Assembly (NCBI GenBank): GCA_051362555.1
Contig: CM120649.1
Location: 2,046,001 to 2,110,000, forward strand
Direction of reading: 5' to 3'
DNA length: 64,000 bases
From: Lingula anatina
Taxonomy: Eukaryota > Animalia > Brachiopoda
How positions within the stretch are numbered: the first letter of the stretch is position 1; each line of letters begins with the position of its first letter. The notes beneath the pieces were generated by a model. That model was given only the letters and a program-made list of their open reading frames with translations. It did not search any database and had not been told where the DNA came from. This document shows positions 23,801 through 35,749 of this stretch, piece by piece. Made by a program: the position numbers and the translations under genes.

Positions 23801-26800
23801 GGTGGTGGTCTACTGTATGGAACACACAAAGGTCTTTCAAAAATGAAATGAAAAAATGAGGGCACTAAGAGAGCGCCTGCACAGAATATGTAGTACCAAT
23901 GTCAGTTAGTTCCAATATAGACTACCAGTGTCAGATTTGCCAGAGACATTGCAAATCCAGAATTGGGCTTTTGGCAATATGAGGACCCATAAACACTGTA
24001 GCTCAAAGAAAGTCTTTCTCAGTTCAAGGTACTACCATTGTTAACAAATAAAAAAATATTTTTCTGGATGTTCAATGTATGTTGTGATATTGTGTGACTG
24101 TGTCATCATTGTTATTGAGCTCTTTCATTTACAGATACTGTAAGTTAAGAAATACATTTATTTTTATCTAGTAGATTTTATTTCATTGCATTAAAGTAAA
24201 GGTGATCACAGCAAACTGAATTTTCACATCATTCTACACACCTTCCTTCTGTCACTGCATCAATGGCGACATCTATTGCACTGTTTCCAATGCCAACAAC
24301 CAGCACACGTTTTCCCACTATGTTATTTGTGATGGCATCATTGTAGCTAACACTGTGAATAATTTCACCTAGAAGATAATAATTACTCATTTTTAATTAT
24401 TTTCTTTTAGTTACTTCTTAAATATACTACTGGGCAGGTGTGAAAAAGAAAGAAAAATGTCATTAAACAAAACTGATAAATTTCTAATTGACACCCATGG
24501 GTGTGAAAGTTTTAAAAGATGAAATATGAAACAATAAAGTTAACTTTAAGACGTGTTATTTTATAATTATCTTATGGTTTCCTGCCTTAGATATTATATA
24601 AAGTGGTTTTAAATATTATCAATTTATGCACAGATTACAAACAAATGAATGAATGAGTATATAAGTGAGAAAATGATTAAAATAAATAACTTTAAAGTAA
24701 CCTTTAAAGCTCTCCTGACCAGGGAATTTAGGGTCTGGCCAACTGGGTTTTGCATGATGACCAGTTGCTATGGCAACATATTTACAAATGTAGGTGTGTT
24801 TTTCTCCTGCAGTGTAGCCACCCTTGCCATCTTCTTCCACCTTGGATGTGTGAATATACCAGTCTTCTCCTGAGGGAAAAATAAATAAAATAAATAGTCC
24901 AATGAAAAATAAAACAAAGCTCTGACTTAGATAAAATGGTAAATTTACTTGTTTAACTGTTATTTTAAACTAAGTGGTGTGAATCATTCATGAAGATATT
25001 TCCACCACATTTTCTCTACTAGTTTCTGAGTCAAGTAACTGGTAATCTGAAATATTGCTACTTTAAATACTGAAAGTATGTCTAGAAATCACATAAGATC
25101 ATTTTTCACTGACTGAATATTGATGAGGTTTAAAATCTTTAAAGATTTTGGCTAAGTCAAAAATAACGCAATAGCTGAGAGAACATACAGACAAATGCAT
25201 GAAACTGAAATGGCAACAGTATACGAAAACTTACCTTTTTTCTCTAAACAATCTACCTGGGTCTGGAAACGTATCAGCTTGTTAACCCCAAAGTGCATAG
25301 TGTAGTCAGCAACATACTGCGCCATTTCTTTGTTGTGAGGGAAGTCAACAACATCATCTGGGAACGGGAAGTCCGAGAAGGCATAGTTCTGTTTTGATAC
25401 ATTTCTGAAAAACAATAGTTTAAAACTATAATATTCAAGATAAATTGATTCATTATTATTTAGTATAAATATATAAAATAAGGTGACTTCATGGACTTTT
25501 TTCAGATGACAACAAATTTGTGAACTTATAAATAGAGCACTGAAGCTGAATTGTACAAACTACAGATTTAGATCTTTAGTATAATATACGAGTCTATTCC
25601 CATAACTTTAGATCGATCTATCACCGCGGGCAGTCTCACTAGATTACTGTCAGATAATCCACCTTAAGTGTCCGTCCCCGCCTACTACAAGCTGTCAGGG
25701 GTAATTAACTTTCGTGTCCACCCGGCTGACAGCTATTTAGCGTGAACCCCCAGGGAGTTAGGTCGATCTAAAGTAGGTGGATCTAATCTATGGAAATGGG
25801 GTGTATGTCTAAAATTGAAAAGCAGACTTCAGATGTTAGTAAATTGTATAGTTGACTTTTCACAAGGGCCTAAGTAAATGTCTCAAAACTAGAGCAATTT
25901 ATGCTGTTTGGATTTATCAACATTTGATAACAGTAATCAAACACCTATTACAGTATTGTTCTACTACAATCATATCAATCAGTTCAAAGACCAATGTAAA
26001 TGTTTAACCTGTGTCATGTATATTTGCTGCAATATTTCATGTTCCTTGAATTCTAACATTAGATTCAGTAGAACCAATCTATCAAAATGGTTGATCAATA
26101 TCATTCCAAATAACCCTGTTTTGGTTAACTCTCTCTCTCTCTCTCTGTAACTAATTTTTGTATTCATTTATCCATTTATCTGTTCATTTATTTGTTTTTT
26201 GTTGTTGTTTTTTTTTTACTTTTTTGGTTCTGCTTGCTTTATTAATTATAATTAATTAATTTACTTGTTTATTCATTCAGAAGATGGTATTGTATGCTAA
26301 TTAAAAAAAATAAATTGATTTTAACAGATTATTCAAGTTGAAGTTATTTTAACAGCTAATAACTGAAGCTGACACAGTGTAAATGCATTGAAGCCGTGTT
26401 GGTCGAGAACGCCTAAACAAGGTCATATCCGAACACCTTATCTCATCGAGTGTTTACACTCCCGGCCTTCAGCTGAGACGCCAAGAGTGCGGCGCCAAGA
26501 CAGTCATGGTGAAAAATATTACACAAATAAACAATTCTAAGTCCCCTTTAGCTGGCAGCCCATAACACATTCAAAATATTAAGATTTTCATTTAAAATTA
26601 ATTTAAAGGTTGTCATATACAGTATATAATCATGAATACAGCACAATGGTTTTACTGGTTTACCTTAATTCCTTTCCATATTTTTCCAAGGCAATTAATT
26701 TCTTTGACTATTTGTTGCATTTCTAAATTAAAGACAAAAGAATAAGACCAAACAAATTTAAGTATTTGCGGGACGGAGGGGGGGGGGGGAGAGGGAACAA

Positions 26801-27089
26801 GAGAGCTTCCTTCCAAGGCAGCTGACAAAACAAAAGTAAAATAAAGTTGGGGTAGAAACGAAAGCTTTGGTCTTTTTGAGGATCTGAATCTGCCCACATA
26901 CCACCATACTCACATATGCGTGAATCTCATCACTCCATATCCTTGTTCTCTGAAAGTCCACAGGCCTCCGACTTCGTCCGTCTTTTCCAACACAATCACT
27001 TCAAAACCAGCATCTTGCAGACATTTCGCTGCGACGATTCCCGAAATGCCGGCGCCTATAACGACCACCTGCGTCTGTGTTTCAGCCAT
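20869..27089 (-). CDS. FMO: Flavin-containing monooxygenase (dimethylaniline monooxygenase family), 522 aa
   Basis: Ten phase-consistent exons: 27089-26914, 25404-25235, 24869-24702, 24368-24242, 23692-23522, 23165-23057, 22573-22424, 22077-21892, 21628-21495, 21046-20869. FAD motifs GAGISG and GGLW, ATGHH, FMO signature [11 protein letters not shown] (FxGxxxHxxxY), NADPH motif GIGNSA, CTGY, and a C-terminal hydrophobic anchor. Confidence 0.95.
21231..21298. repeat. 34-bp tandem duplication in an FMO intron
   Basis: Two copies of CGAACACATTAATTCAATAAATCTGCCAAAAAAA. Confidence 0.9.
25595..25801. mobile_element. Palindromic MITE of about 210 bp, family B, copy 1
   Basis: Ends ATTCCCATA..TAGATCGATCTA and TATGGAAATGGGG. 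Homologous copies at 29099, 37008 and 44950. Confidence 0.85.
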
Positions 27090-27199
27090 GGAGACTGTTT
27101 CTTTGCATGTGAGGTGTCTCTGGATGAGAACAACGTGACAAATTTCATGTGACAATGGGCCAAACTTTGGTCCCGTGGACCTGTGGCTTATGTTGGTTC

Positions 27200-27316
27200 A
27201 AAGTTTGCGGCACATCTTGTCACGTCCTCACAGCGCCATCTATTTCCGGCTTTGCGCAAAGTCGCCGTGACGTCACCACAGCCAAGTCAAGGAAGGGGAT
27301 TCTTTTCTACATACTG
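27200..27316. promoter_or_regulatory. Putative CpG-rich bidirectional promoter for FMO and CAB39
   Basis: Clustered motifs: CGCCATCT (YY1/CTCF-like, 27234), TTCCGG (ETS, 27244), TTTGCGCAAA palindrome (C/EBP-like, 27251) and TGACGTCA (CRE, 27268). A + strand donor-like GTAAAG follows at 27317. Lies about 150 bp from the FMO ATG. Confidence 0.55.
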
Positions 27317-29098
27317 GTAAAGTATTTCGATTTTCCACCGATTTTCATACTTGACATGTCATTATATTGAACCATGAATTAATACTCCATCCCTGAGTAG
27401 TCGTACTTGAAGTTTTCGGCCTTGGTTGGCGTTCAGGTTTTAGTTTTTCGTCGGTTTTCGAGAGTATCTGGGTCATCACTAGCATTTGGATCCTGAGTAC
27501 ACGCTTTATAATAATGGCTTCTCATTCATAATCATTTGTCAAGAGAAAGATCTCGTTCTGGTCAGGTTTCTGCCTGAATGTGTCAGTTCTCAAGAAGAGA
27601 GACGGGCAACGGGTTTGAGGACGCTTCCAAGTCGACTCCTTACTTAGTTCGTCCAATTCATACACCTGACAAATTTACCTCCCAGTGCGTAACGTTACGT
27701 GAATGTTTATACCCGATCGTTTTGATCAGCTCGGATAGCATCCATTGATAATATTAGCCCCGGCATGAGACCTTGAGGTTGACCTTCTGAGTCACTGGGT
27801 TGATAAGGAAGGTAATCTGCACCAGGCGGATTTTGACCAGCCATGTACTTCGGCTAGTTGTATTGCCTAAAAACTCACATCTTTACTATAAAATCACACA
27901 AAATTAGTTTCAAATATACCTGAAAATATGCTTGAAGACTTGTATTACATTTTGTTGCAGATATAAACTAGTAAGGTTTTATTACAATGAGTGCAGTGCT
28001 TGTCTGGGTTTAATCCCAAACAGTTTAGGTACATTTTATTCAAGGTAGGGCAGGTAAACAAGCCAGCCATTGATAAGGCCTATGACTAGTATTGACAATT
28101 GTTAGCAAAAGTGGGTGTGTCCCTTTCGGGGTACATATACCTGAGTTGTCCACCTAATGACCGCTTGGACAAACAAAGTTAACTTTTATGTAACAGAAAG
28201 AGATTTTAGGACTGGATTTGCCCCATTACGTTATTTATTTATTTGTAATTAGGTCAGCAGTTGTCCAGATAAATGGAAACCAGACGCTAAGGCACCAGAC
28301 AGGTCAAGAATGCGTCCACATATTTTTATCACTGGCCAAACACAATTTGATTGATGACCTGAATAAAGAAAAGGGTTCATATTTCAGTGAGGAAAAAATA
28401 GGATATATGTTTAATACACACAGTTCATACAGTAGGTTCAAGTAAAAATTTTCAGCTGATGGTTATCTGGTAAGGTACTGTACAGGGCCCTGGAATATTG
28501 ATTAATGGTGACGAGAAGCTGATTGGAAAACTCATGAATGGAATTAATTGATCATTACTGCTTGTCTGTTAAATAAGAAGTGGTATCTGCATCAATTTGC
28601 TGTGAAATAGTTTTTTTTCTTGTCTGGAAATTGTGAATAATAATATCGTTGTTTATCACCATATATCTATAATCATGTGATTTAACCTAACCAGGCATCC
28701 AGGTCCAGGTATTAGGTTTGTGTTGATTTTGTATTGTCCTAAATCTGCTCTTTTTGTTTTCAAAAAGCATGTGCTTGTCTCGAAGGATTGTTGCATGTCA
28801 GTAGGTATGTTTAAATCTGCATTTATTGTGGGCAAATAGTTTATAAAATGCTTTGAGAATATTGCAGTTTTTTCCCAATCCCAGTGAATCAAATACATAA
28901 ATAGATTCATGTAATATCATTATAAAATCACATAAGATCTAAGACCAGAAGCTGATCTTTAAAATGCTTGTAACAAAGATTATCAAAGGATGACTTCAAA
29001 GCCAGGATACTTTTTTCTATTCTTTAAAGGCAGATCCAAGTGGTGGTTGGGGGGGGGGGTCACAGTGGGTCTATTTCCCATAATTTTGATTTACTTAC

Positions 29099-29317
29099 AC
29101 CCCATTTCCATAGATTTTTAGATCGATCTATCCCTGTGGGGAGTCTCACTAGATTACTGTCAGCTTGGCCGGCTTAAGCGTCTGTCCCGCCTACTAAAAG
29201 CTGTAAGGGGGTAATTAACTATGGTGCCCGCTCGGCTGACTGCAATTTAGCGTGAACCCCCAGGGAGTTAGGTAAATCTAAAACTGAATCTTTAGATCGA
29301 TCTAAAACTCTGGGAAA
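29099..29317. mobile_element. MITE family B, copy 2
   Basis: Homologous to 25595-25801 (GAGTCTCACTAGATTACTGTCAG ... GCGTGAACCCCCAGGGAGTTAGG). Confidence 0.85.
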
Positions 29318-29657
29318 GCACCCTTACATTTATTATTTTTGTTGAGATTTAAGATAGTTATGTATGAACACGAGACTGCACCAAAACTTAAGCACAATTT
29401 TAGGGACACTTGTTGAACTTGAGCCAGATGTCAATAAACCTTCATCAGGTCATTGCCCCAAAACTGTTAACAGGTGCTTACTAGAATATCATATGGTTGT
29501 ATTTATAAACTATGTCCATGTGGTACAGCAAGAGTTCACTTGACATTAGTTATCTGAGGAAAGCTTAGGAATGAAAATTGTTACGATGATTTAATGAGTA
29601 TCTGTTAACAAGTACCAGTACTAGTTGGATAGGAGTCACCGACTTGATTTCTGTTTA

Positions 29658-29869
29658 AACCCCCTTTACACTGGACGGCATCCTTTCTGCGTCCTTTGAG
29701 CAACAAGGAAACTGGCAGCACTGTGTTCGTAAAAAGGAGGCACAAGCATCTCTTTGGTTGCAGAAGGAATTTACAAAAATCGACACGTGAAGTATTATGT
29801 GTTTTTTTACTCTCAAACGGGGCTGCACTACGGGACGCAGAAAGGACACTGTCCAGTGTAAAGGGGGCT
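29658..29869. mobile_element. PIF/Harbinger-like MITE
   Basis: TIR AACCCCCTTTACACTGGAC / GTCCAGTGTAAAGGGGGCT with TTA on both flanks. A related end occurs at about 61813. Confidence 0.8.
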
Positions 29870-30665
29870 TTACTAAAGGATGAAGATGAGCATGGAGTGC
29901 ATTCAAGTGTATTTAATTATAGGCAAGTTTACACCACTTGTTAGCCAAAAAGAAGTGTGATTATCCTTTTCTTGGAAGCTTCAGCTGTGTAATAACATGT
30001 ATTATAATATCAGTGAAAGTTGCTGTGATTGTTAAATGAGTATTAGCAATGCATTATAATGGATAAATTTTAAATCCTTTAAATTAAATTTTGCACAGTT
30101 TATTATATATATGTGTGTATATCTTCAAGTTTATTTGGCTAGTAATATAGTTGATGATGAACACCCCAAGTGATACATGTAACGAGTTCTATTAGATATC
30201 TATTAGCTACTTTTCACAAAATGTTCTTAAAGAAAATAACCTGACCAAAAATCAGCTGAGCCCCTTCAGCTGTGTTTCCCAATTAATTGATTCAGAGGGG
30301 TGCCCTCTCTCTCTGATCTCAGACTTGGGTCGAGTTCCTATTAGATGGAGCTTAAATGGCGTAAAGGCATATTTAATGTATTTGGAAATGTCCCCAAGTA
30401 TTTTTATCTCCTTCATATATTTGCTTCTTATCATCATCAATTCAGACATTCAAAATGATAGAAGTCCTCCATTGAAAGTCAGTGTTTCCTTCTGAAATTT
30501 TAGAAAGACTCATGCTTTCTAAATGTCATAGATAGGATACTTAAATTAATATTACTTTGGAAGTGGATATTTGGGGGTGCTTTTCATAAAACTACTTAAG
30601 AATGAAAGTTGGTCCAAGTTTTCAAGCTTTTTCATTGCACTATGATAATGACACTTTGAAATTGA

Positions 30666-30696
<31 letters not shown>

Positions 30697-31587
30697 GTGA
30701 ACAACTACATAGTCAGTGCAAGTACTGGTACATACTAAGAATTTTGGACAGAAAGTTGGAACAAATGTCATTCTTGTGACCCTATCATGTGAAATCATCT
30801 CTTGATTGTGCTCCCCCCCCCCCCTCCCCCACCATTTCTACCCTCGATGTGATGGGGTTAGTGACAAGCAAGGAAGCAAAGCCAAAGTGCCTGTTTCCTT
30901 AGAGAGAGAAAATATGGGAAAACTCCCCAAGATGTATATAGTCTATTAGTTGAAACATATGTGAACTTTTCTCCGAGAGAGTTAAGAATAGACTGCAGTG
31001 TCTGTTGTCTGTGGAGTGTATTGAAACTTGGCTGTAAGTAGACAATTGAAAGTCTATATACGGTTAGTCTGGCAATTACAGAAATAGAATCAAATCAGTC
31101 TGGGGAGTTGAGGAAGAAATAGGAGCCAGTGAATGGGAGACCAGGTGGTGTGGTTGTGGTCGAGTTGTGACGGCTTATCTTAGAACTGCACTCGGAATAC
31201 TTGTGAGGTTAAGATTTCTAATCATAGGGAGAGTTTCAAACTTTCTAGATGTTTTTACTTTTGCCACTGTTTGAAACTTAATGGATGTAGTTTTAAAGAA
31301 AGTGTAACCACATTGTTTTTTTTGTGAATGATATTAAGTGAGGTAGATGTAACTGAACCAGAAATGCGGCCTAGGATCGAATATTGAAAAAAAAATGGTG
31401 ATATGTCACTTTACTTTCAGCGAATTGCAGAAAGATGTATCACCTTTTAATGGATATACAGGATGCATTTTTTTCATGCCATTAGTTTGGGAATAATTTT
31501 CACTGAGTGACAAGGTGAAACAAAGATGGCGTGGGGTCAAAACCAGGCTGTAGATCTAAGATGCAATATCTGGCGTATTTTCTAGAT

Positions 31588-31820
31588 CAGGCCCATTGGG
31601 GGGGGGGGGGGGGGGGAAGGGGGGGTTTGAAAGAAACACCCTTTTTTGTCAGGAAAAGGTTCATTCTGGGTAAAATTTTGTCTAGGTACACAGAAGTTTC
31701 ATTTGTTAGGAAAAGATTCGTTTTGGGTAAAAATTGATCTAGGTACACAAAGTTTTCATTGTAAAAGATCAACTTTTTTTGAAAAATAACCCCCCTTTTG
31801 AAATTGCTAGCTAGGGTCTG
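31588..31820. mobile_element. Old non-autonomous DNA transposon remnant
   Basis: CAGGCCC...GGGTCTG ends and an internal duplication of about 58 bp. The right end resembles 22945-22997 (CCCCCTTTGAAATTGCTAG). Confidence 0.4.
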
Positions 31821-33293
31821 TAGACTGAATAGTAATTCCCTCTCAAAATAGAACATATCCATAGCTTGGGGCGGTTTCCGTAGTTTGCACCCAGTCAAAA
31901 CATCATAGGTTTGACATGAGGATGAGGTTTTGTAGTGTCTGTTATGTTTTCTCTCAGCCAAATCAATCATAAATTGTGCAAAGCTAATCATATAGCTTTA
32001 GTTTCTCTAGCCAAAGTGAATAATCTTTAAAAGCATTTTGGAGAGAAATGATTTTTTATGCTTGAATGAACTTTGAATGGAATAGGGTATTTTTAGCATG
32101 CTTCCTGTGCCTTAGGGGTGAAATTTTAGCGAGTTGTCTTAAGGTCACTCACGGTGTACGTTCACACTAGGTCGACTTTCAGGTCAGTGTGAAGTGGCTC
32201 AGAGGTAGCCTATCCTCATTTGAAAAATGTCCCGAAGTTATATTTTCCAATACCTACTAGTACTTTATTTAGGTGGGCAACTAAGGATTTATCCAGGGAT
32301 GAGATTTTTCTGACTATTGGCAGGCTTCTTACTCTTTGGGAGCCAAAATATCATTGGCCTTCCCCCTGGACACCACACTATGTTTCTGACTTTTTTTACT
32401 TCATGGCAGTCTCGTCCCTTTTATTGTGAACTGAAAACTATATTAAATTTCAAATCAAAGAGTTTGCAATGATTTTCAGGTTTAAATTAATTTATAAGAT
32501 TAAATTGTAAAATCTGCTTCAGATGAAATAAATCTCTTTTCCACAACAGTGGAAATGGGTTTTATTTGGCTTCTTGTGACAAGAGGTCTCTATAGTTTGC
32601 AATTTTAGCTTAATTTTGGTTTAAACTGGACCTAGTCTGAATGTGGCATTCAAGGGCGAGTACCATATATACAGTGTAGTTACCAGTTTAAAACCTGGGG
32701 ATTTCCAGGAAAAGACCTATCTTGTTGATGTATAAGTTTCCTGGTTGAACACTTTAATGGCAGTCTAACATGGAAGACGAGGAAATATTAGCTTTAGGAG
32801 AAATTTCCTGACAAAAATGGTGATTTGAAGATATATAGATATTTAGTGAACCCGGACAGAACCATACGTGAGACATTTTTTATGGAGCATATTTCTAAGT
32901 TCCAGGTGATGTTATTAAGACGTAATTGGTAGATACTCTAAAATATCAGAATATTTTTCTATTATAAAATATTAGGTTAAAGAGTAAAGTGGGGCATTTA
33001 TATACTTGGTACCAATAAAAATTATTAAATTTTAGCAGCTCCTTAAAATTGATAACAATTACAAAAAATGTTTCTTTTTGTTATTCCAATGGCCGTTTTT
33101 GTCCGTTGTTTTCATGTTCATACATATGTTCATAAATACTTAACAAAAAAAAAAACATTCCATATGGTATCATGTAGAACATCAGATTAAGTTATTGTGT
33201 TGGTAGAAAACCACATGGATACCAACAAACATGATAAACAGGGTATCCCTAAAATATGGACATGGGGGAAATTTCACTAATCACAATTAACTT

Positions 33294-33356
<63 letters not shown>

Positions 33357-33358
33357 TT
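33294..33358. repeat. (TTTA)n microsatellite
   Basis: Directly visible. Confidence 0.95.
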
Positions 33359-33809
33359 TTAAACTAAAGTTTTGTAAAGCACATCAAACTTTGCATTTAC
33401 AAATGGTGGAAAGTTCACTGATTTTATTATTAATTATTATAGATGTTATTTGTGAATATTTTGTTAATAATTTAAAAAGTAAAGTATTTGGTGATAATGC
33501 CCTTCGGTAATGGCTAAAATTTTTGCAGTAAAACTTTCACAGTGTTAGCTTTGAGCGTCAGTTTTCTTCTTTGAACTTAATTGCACATTGTTTTATAATT
33601 ATTTTTTCTTTTGAGTAAATATTGCCATTATGTCCAGACTTCAGGGCCACCCTATACACTGACAGCTGTGGTGTGATATACATTGTCTTATGACCATGGA
33701 TGCTGACTAATGACTTATGAAGTATATATTGACATATCTGCAGTTATATAACATATCTGCAATCTGTGGTTGACATCTTTGTGTCTGGGAGCTGACTCAT
33801 AGTATGATA

Positions 33810-33934
33810 TGGTATGGATTAAGGCGCATTCACTGTCCACTTCTGATGGCTTGATTTAGTGCAGTCTAAGAGTGATTTTGGTATGGATTAAGGCGCATTC
33901 ACTCTCTACTTGTGATGGCTTGATTTAGTGCAGT
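33810..33934. repeat. Direct duplication of about 56 bp, period 69
   Basis: Two copies of TGGTATGGATTAAGGCGCATTCACT...GATGGCTTGATTTAGTGCAGT. Confidence 0.9.
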
Positions 33935-35244
33935 TTATCTCTGCACGCTGATGATTACAATTCAAACTACGGGCCTTATTTATATTAGAATTTAAAGACA
34001 AAGAGTTGATCTTTACTTAAGACCAAAAACTATTTTTAAAAAGTAATTAAAAATTAGCAAAGAAATCTTTTTGGCAATTTGTTCCTTTTTTGCAGTAACT
34101 AAAATTTCAGCTATTTGGTTTTTAAAACAATAAATTTATATATATATTGTAATATAATTTCAAGGAGCCCTGGTATCAGTGGGTATATTTTCTAGGTTGA
34201 AATATACAGGCATTCTTGCCTTCAGGGTTGTACTTGACATTTTTGGCATGGCACTGGTAAGCAGTCTGATATCAAGAATTTGACATTGAGGGTAACTAAA
34301 TTTATAGGTCAAGTGAAATAGAAATTGGGCTAGGATTATACTTGAGAACTTGACATGGTCCTGGTAGCCACACTTGTTATGGAGTAAACAGGGTCTCACT
34401 CATAACGTGCTTGGCCATGTGAGACATTACTTACAATGTACTTCCTCACTAGTAGGCCTTTGGCCCACAGATGGGTAGAGGCCCTCGACGGCTCTTCGCC
34501 AGTGCATTTTATCCTGGGCCATTTTGGCTATTCCCATCCTGTTGGTCCTCTGCTGTTTCAGTTCTGGATTGGTCTCGCCTTTAGCTGTTTTGAGATTGGC
34601 CTCAAGGTCAAGGAAAATCTTTGTTTTTCAAGTTGAGAGAAGACAAAATCATTTCTGATTGGATTTAGCTCCTCTCCTTACTGCACTTCCATATTGCTTG
34701 TATTTTGATTACTTGCATGATTACTATAGGTGTCTGTGTTAGCTGGATGAAGGGTAAGGTTGTATTCAAGACAGTTTTAACAAAAATGGTTTGGGATTTA
34801 TTTTAGAAAGTAGGCTGACTGAAAACCGTGCTGTGCATTGGAAGCCCTTTATAATCTCCCCCCCTCCCTACCCGCCCTCCCCCCCCTCCCTTGCATCCTC
34901 ATCCATTGTTGGCCATTTTCCTTGTGGACCACAGAAGATTTATGTGTTACCATTTTCTTGCTGAAGTTGGAAATGTTAAAACAGCTGTGAATGGGCCCTT
35001 TTTTCTTGATGGTCATTTATTCCTATAAGGATTGGTCATCACGGTAACTTAATTAAGTTATTGCTAATTTCTTAATTAGTACACTCCTGGGTGTTAATGT
35101 GTAGAGCTTAATTTGGTCAAAGGTGAAGTAGAGGAGTATTATTCAGTTATCTCTCTCTCCCTCTCTCTCTCCCTTTCTCTCTCTCTCTCTCTCCATGATT
35201 TAATGAAAATGATTGTACAATTTCTGTATTTCTTTCTATTGCAG

Positions 35245-35749
35245 AAAGTAATCGCATCCACATTGGAAGTGGTCCAGGAATCCGTCACTGTTGACCAAGT
35301 AGACAACGGACGAGAGGTGGTCATCTATTGCTGACCTGTGTGGTCTCTGGTCATTCACAAGGCAGTTAAGAGGGGGAAAAAGAACCAGAGTTTTAACCAT
35401 CTTCCACCACCAGCAGACTCTGTCATTTCAAATCCAGTTCCCAGTCAGAAAAATATTGCTCAGAAAGATTAACCTCAGTCTTAAGCTCACTCAGAGAGGA
35501 TAGAAGTTTGTTTTGTGGCTGGGAAAGAGAGAAAGAAAAGAAGAAGAAATCAACTCAGCAAGCAGACAGATCTCTGAACCAGGAAGTCTAGCAGCCAGTG
35601 TCGAGTTTCTTCTGGGAGAATGCAGCAGTTTTAGAATCAAAAGAAAGCTTTCCTCAAAGTCTCTGGCAATCTTTTCTCCCTTTCTCTTGCTTTCTCCGAA
35701 GTGACCCAGTGAAATCATTTTGCTAGGACTGAAGGGAAACAAAGTAAAG
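35245..35749 (+). other. Putative 5' UTR part of the CAB39 first coding exon
   Basis: Strong acceptor TTTCTTTCTATTGCAG ends at 35244. The 505 nt contain a single ATG (uORF MQQF*, 35620-35634). Confidence 0.55.

Noticed and set aside
24696-24701. Weak FMO donor GTTACT as a sign of pseudogenisation
   Set aside because: The GT is intact, the phase is correct, and the FxGxxxHxxxY motif is restored across the junction.
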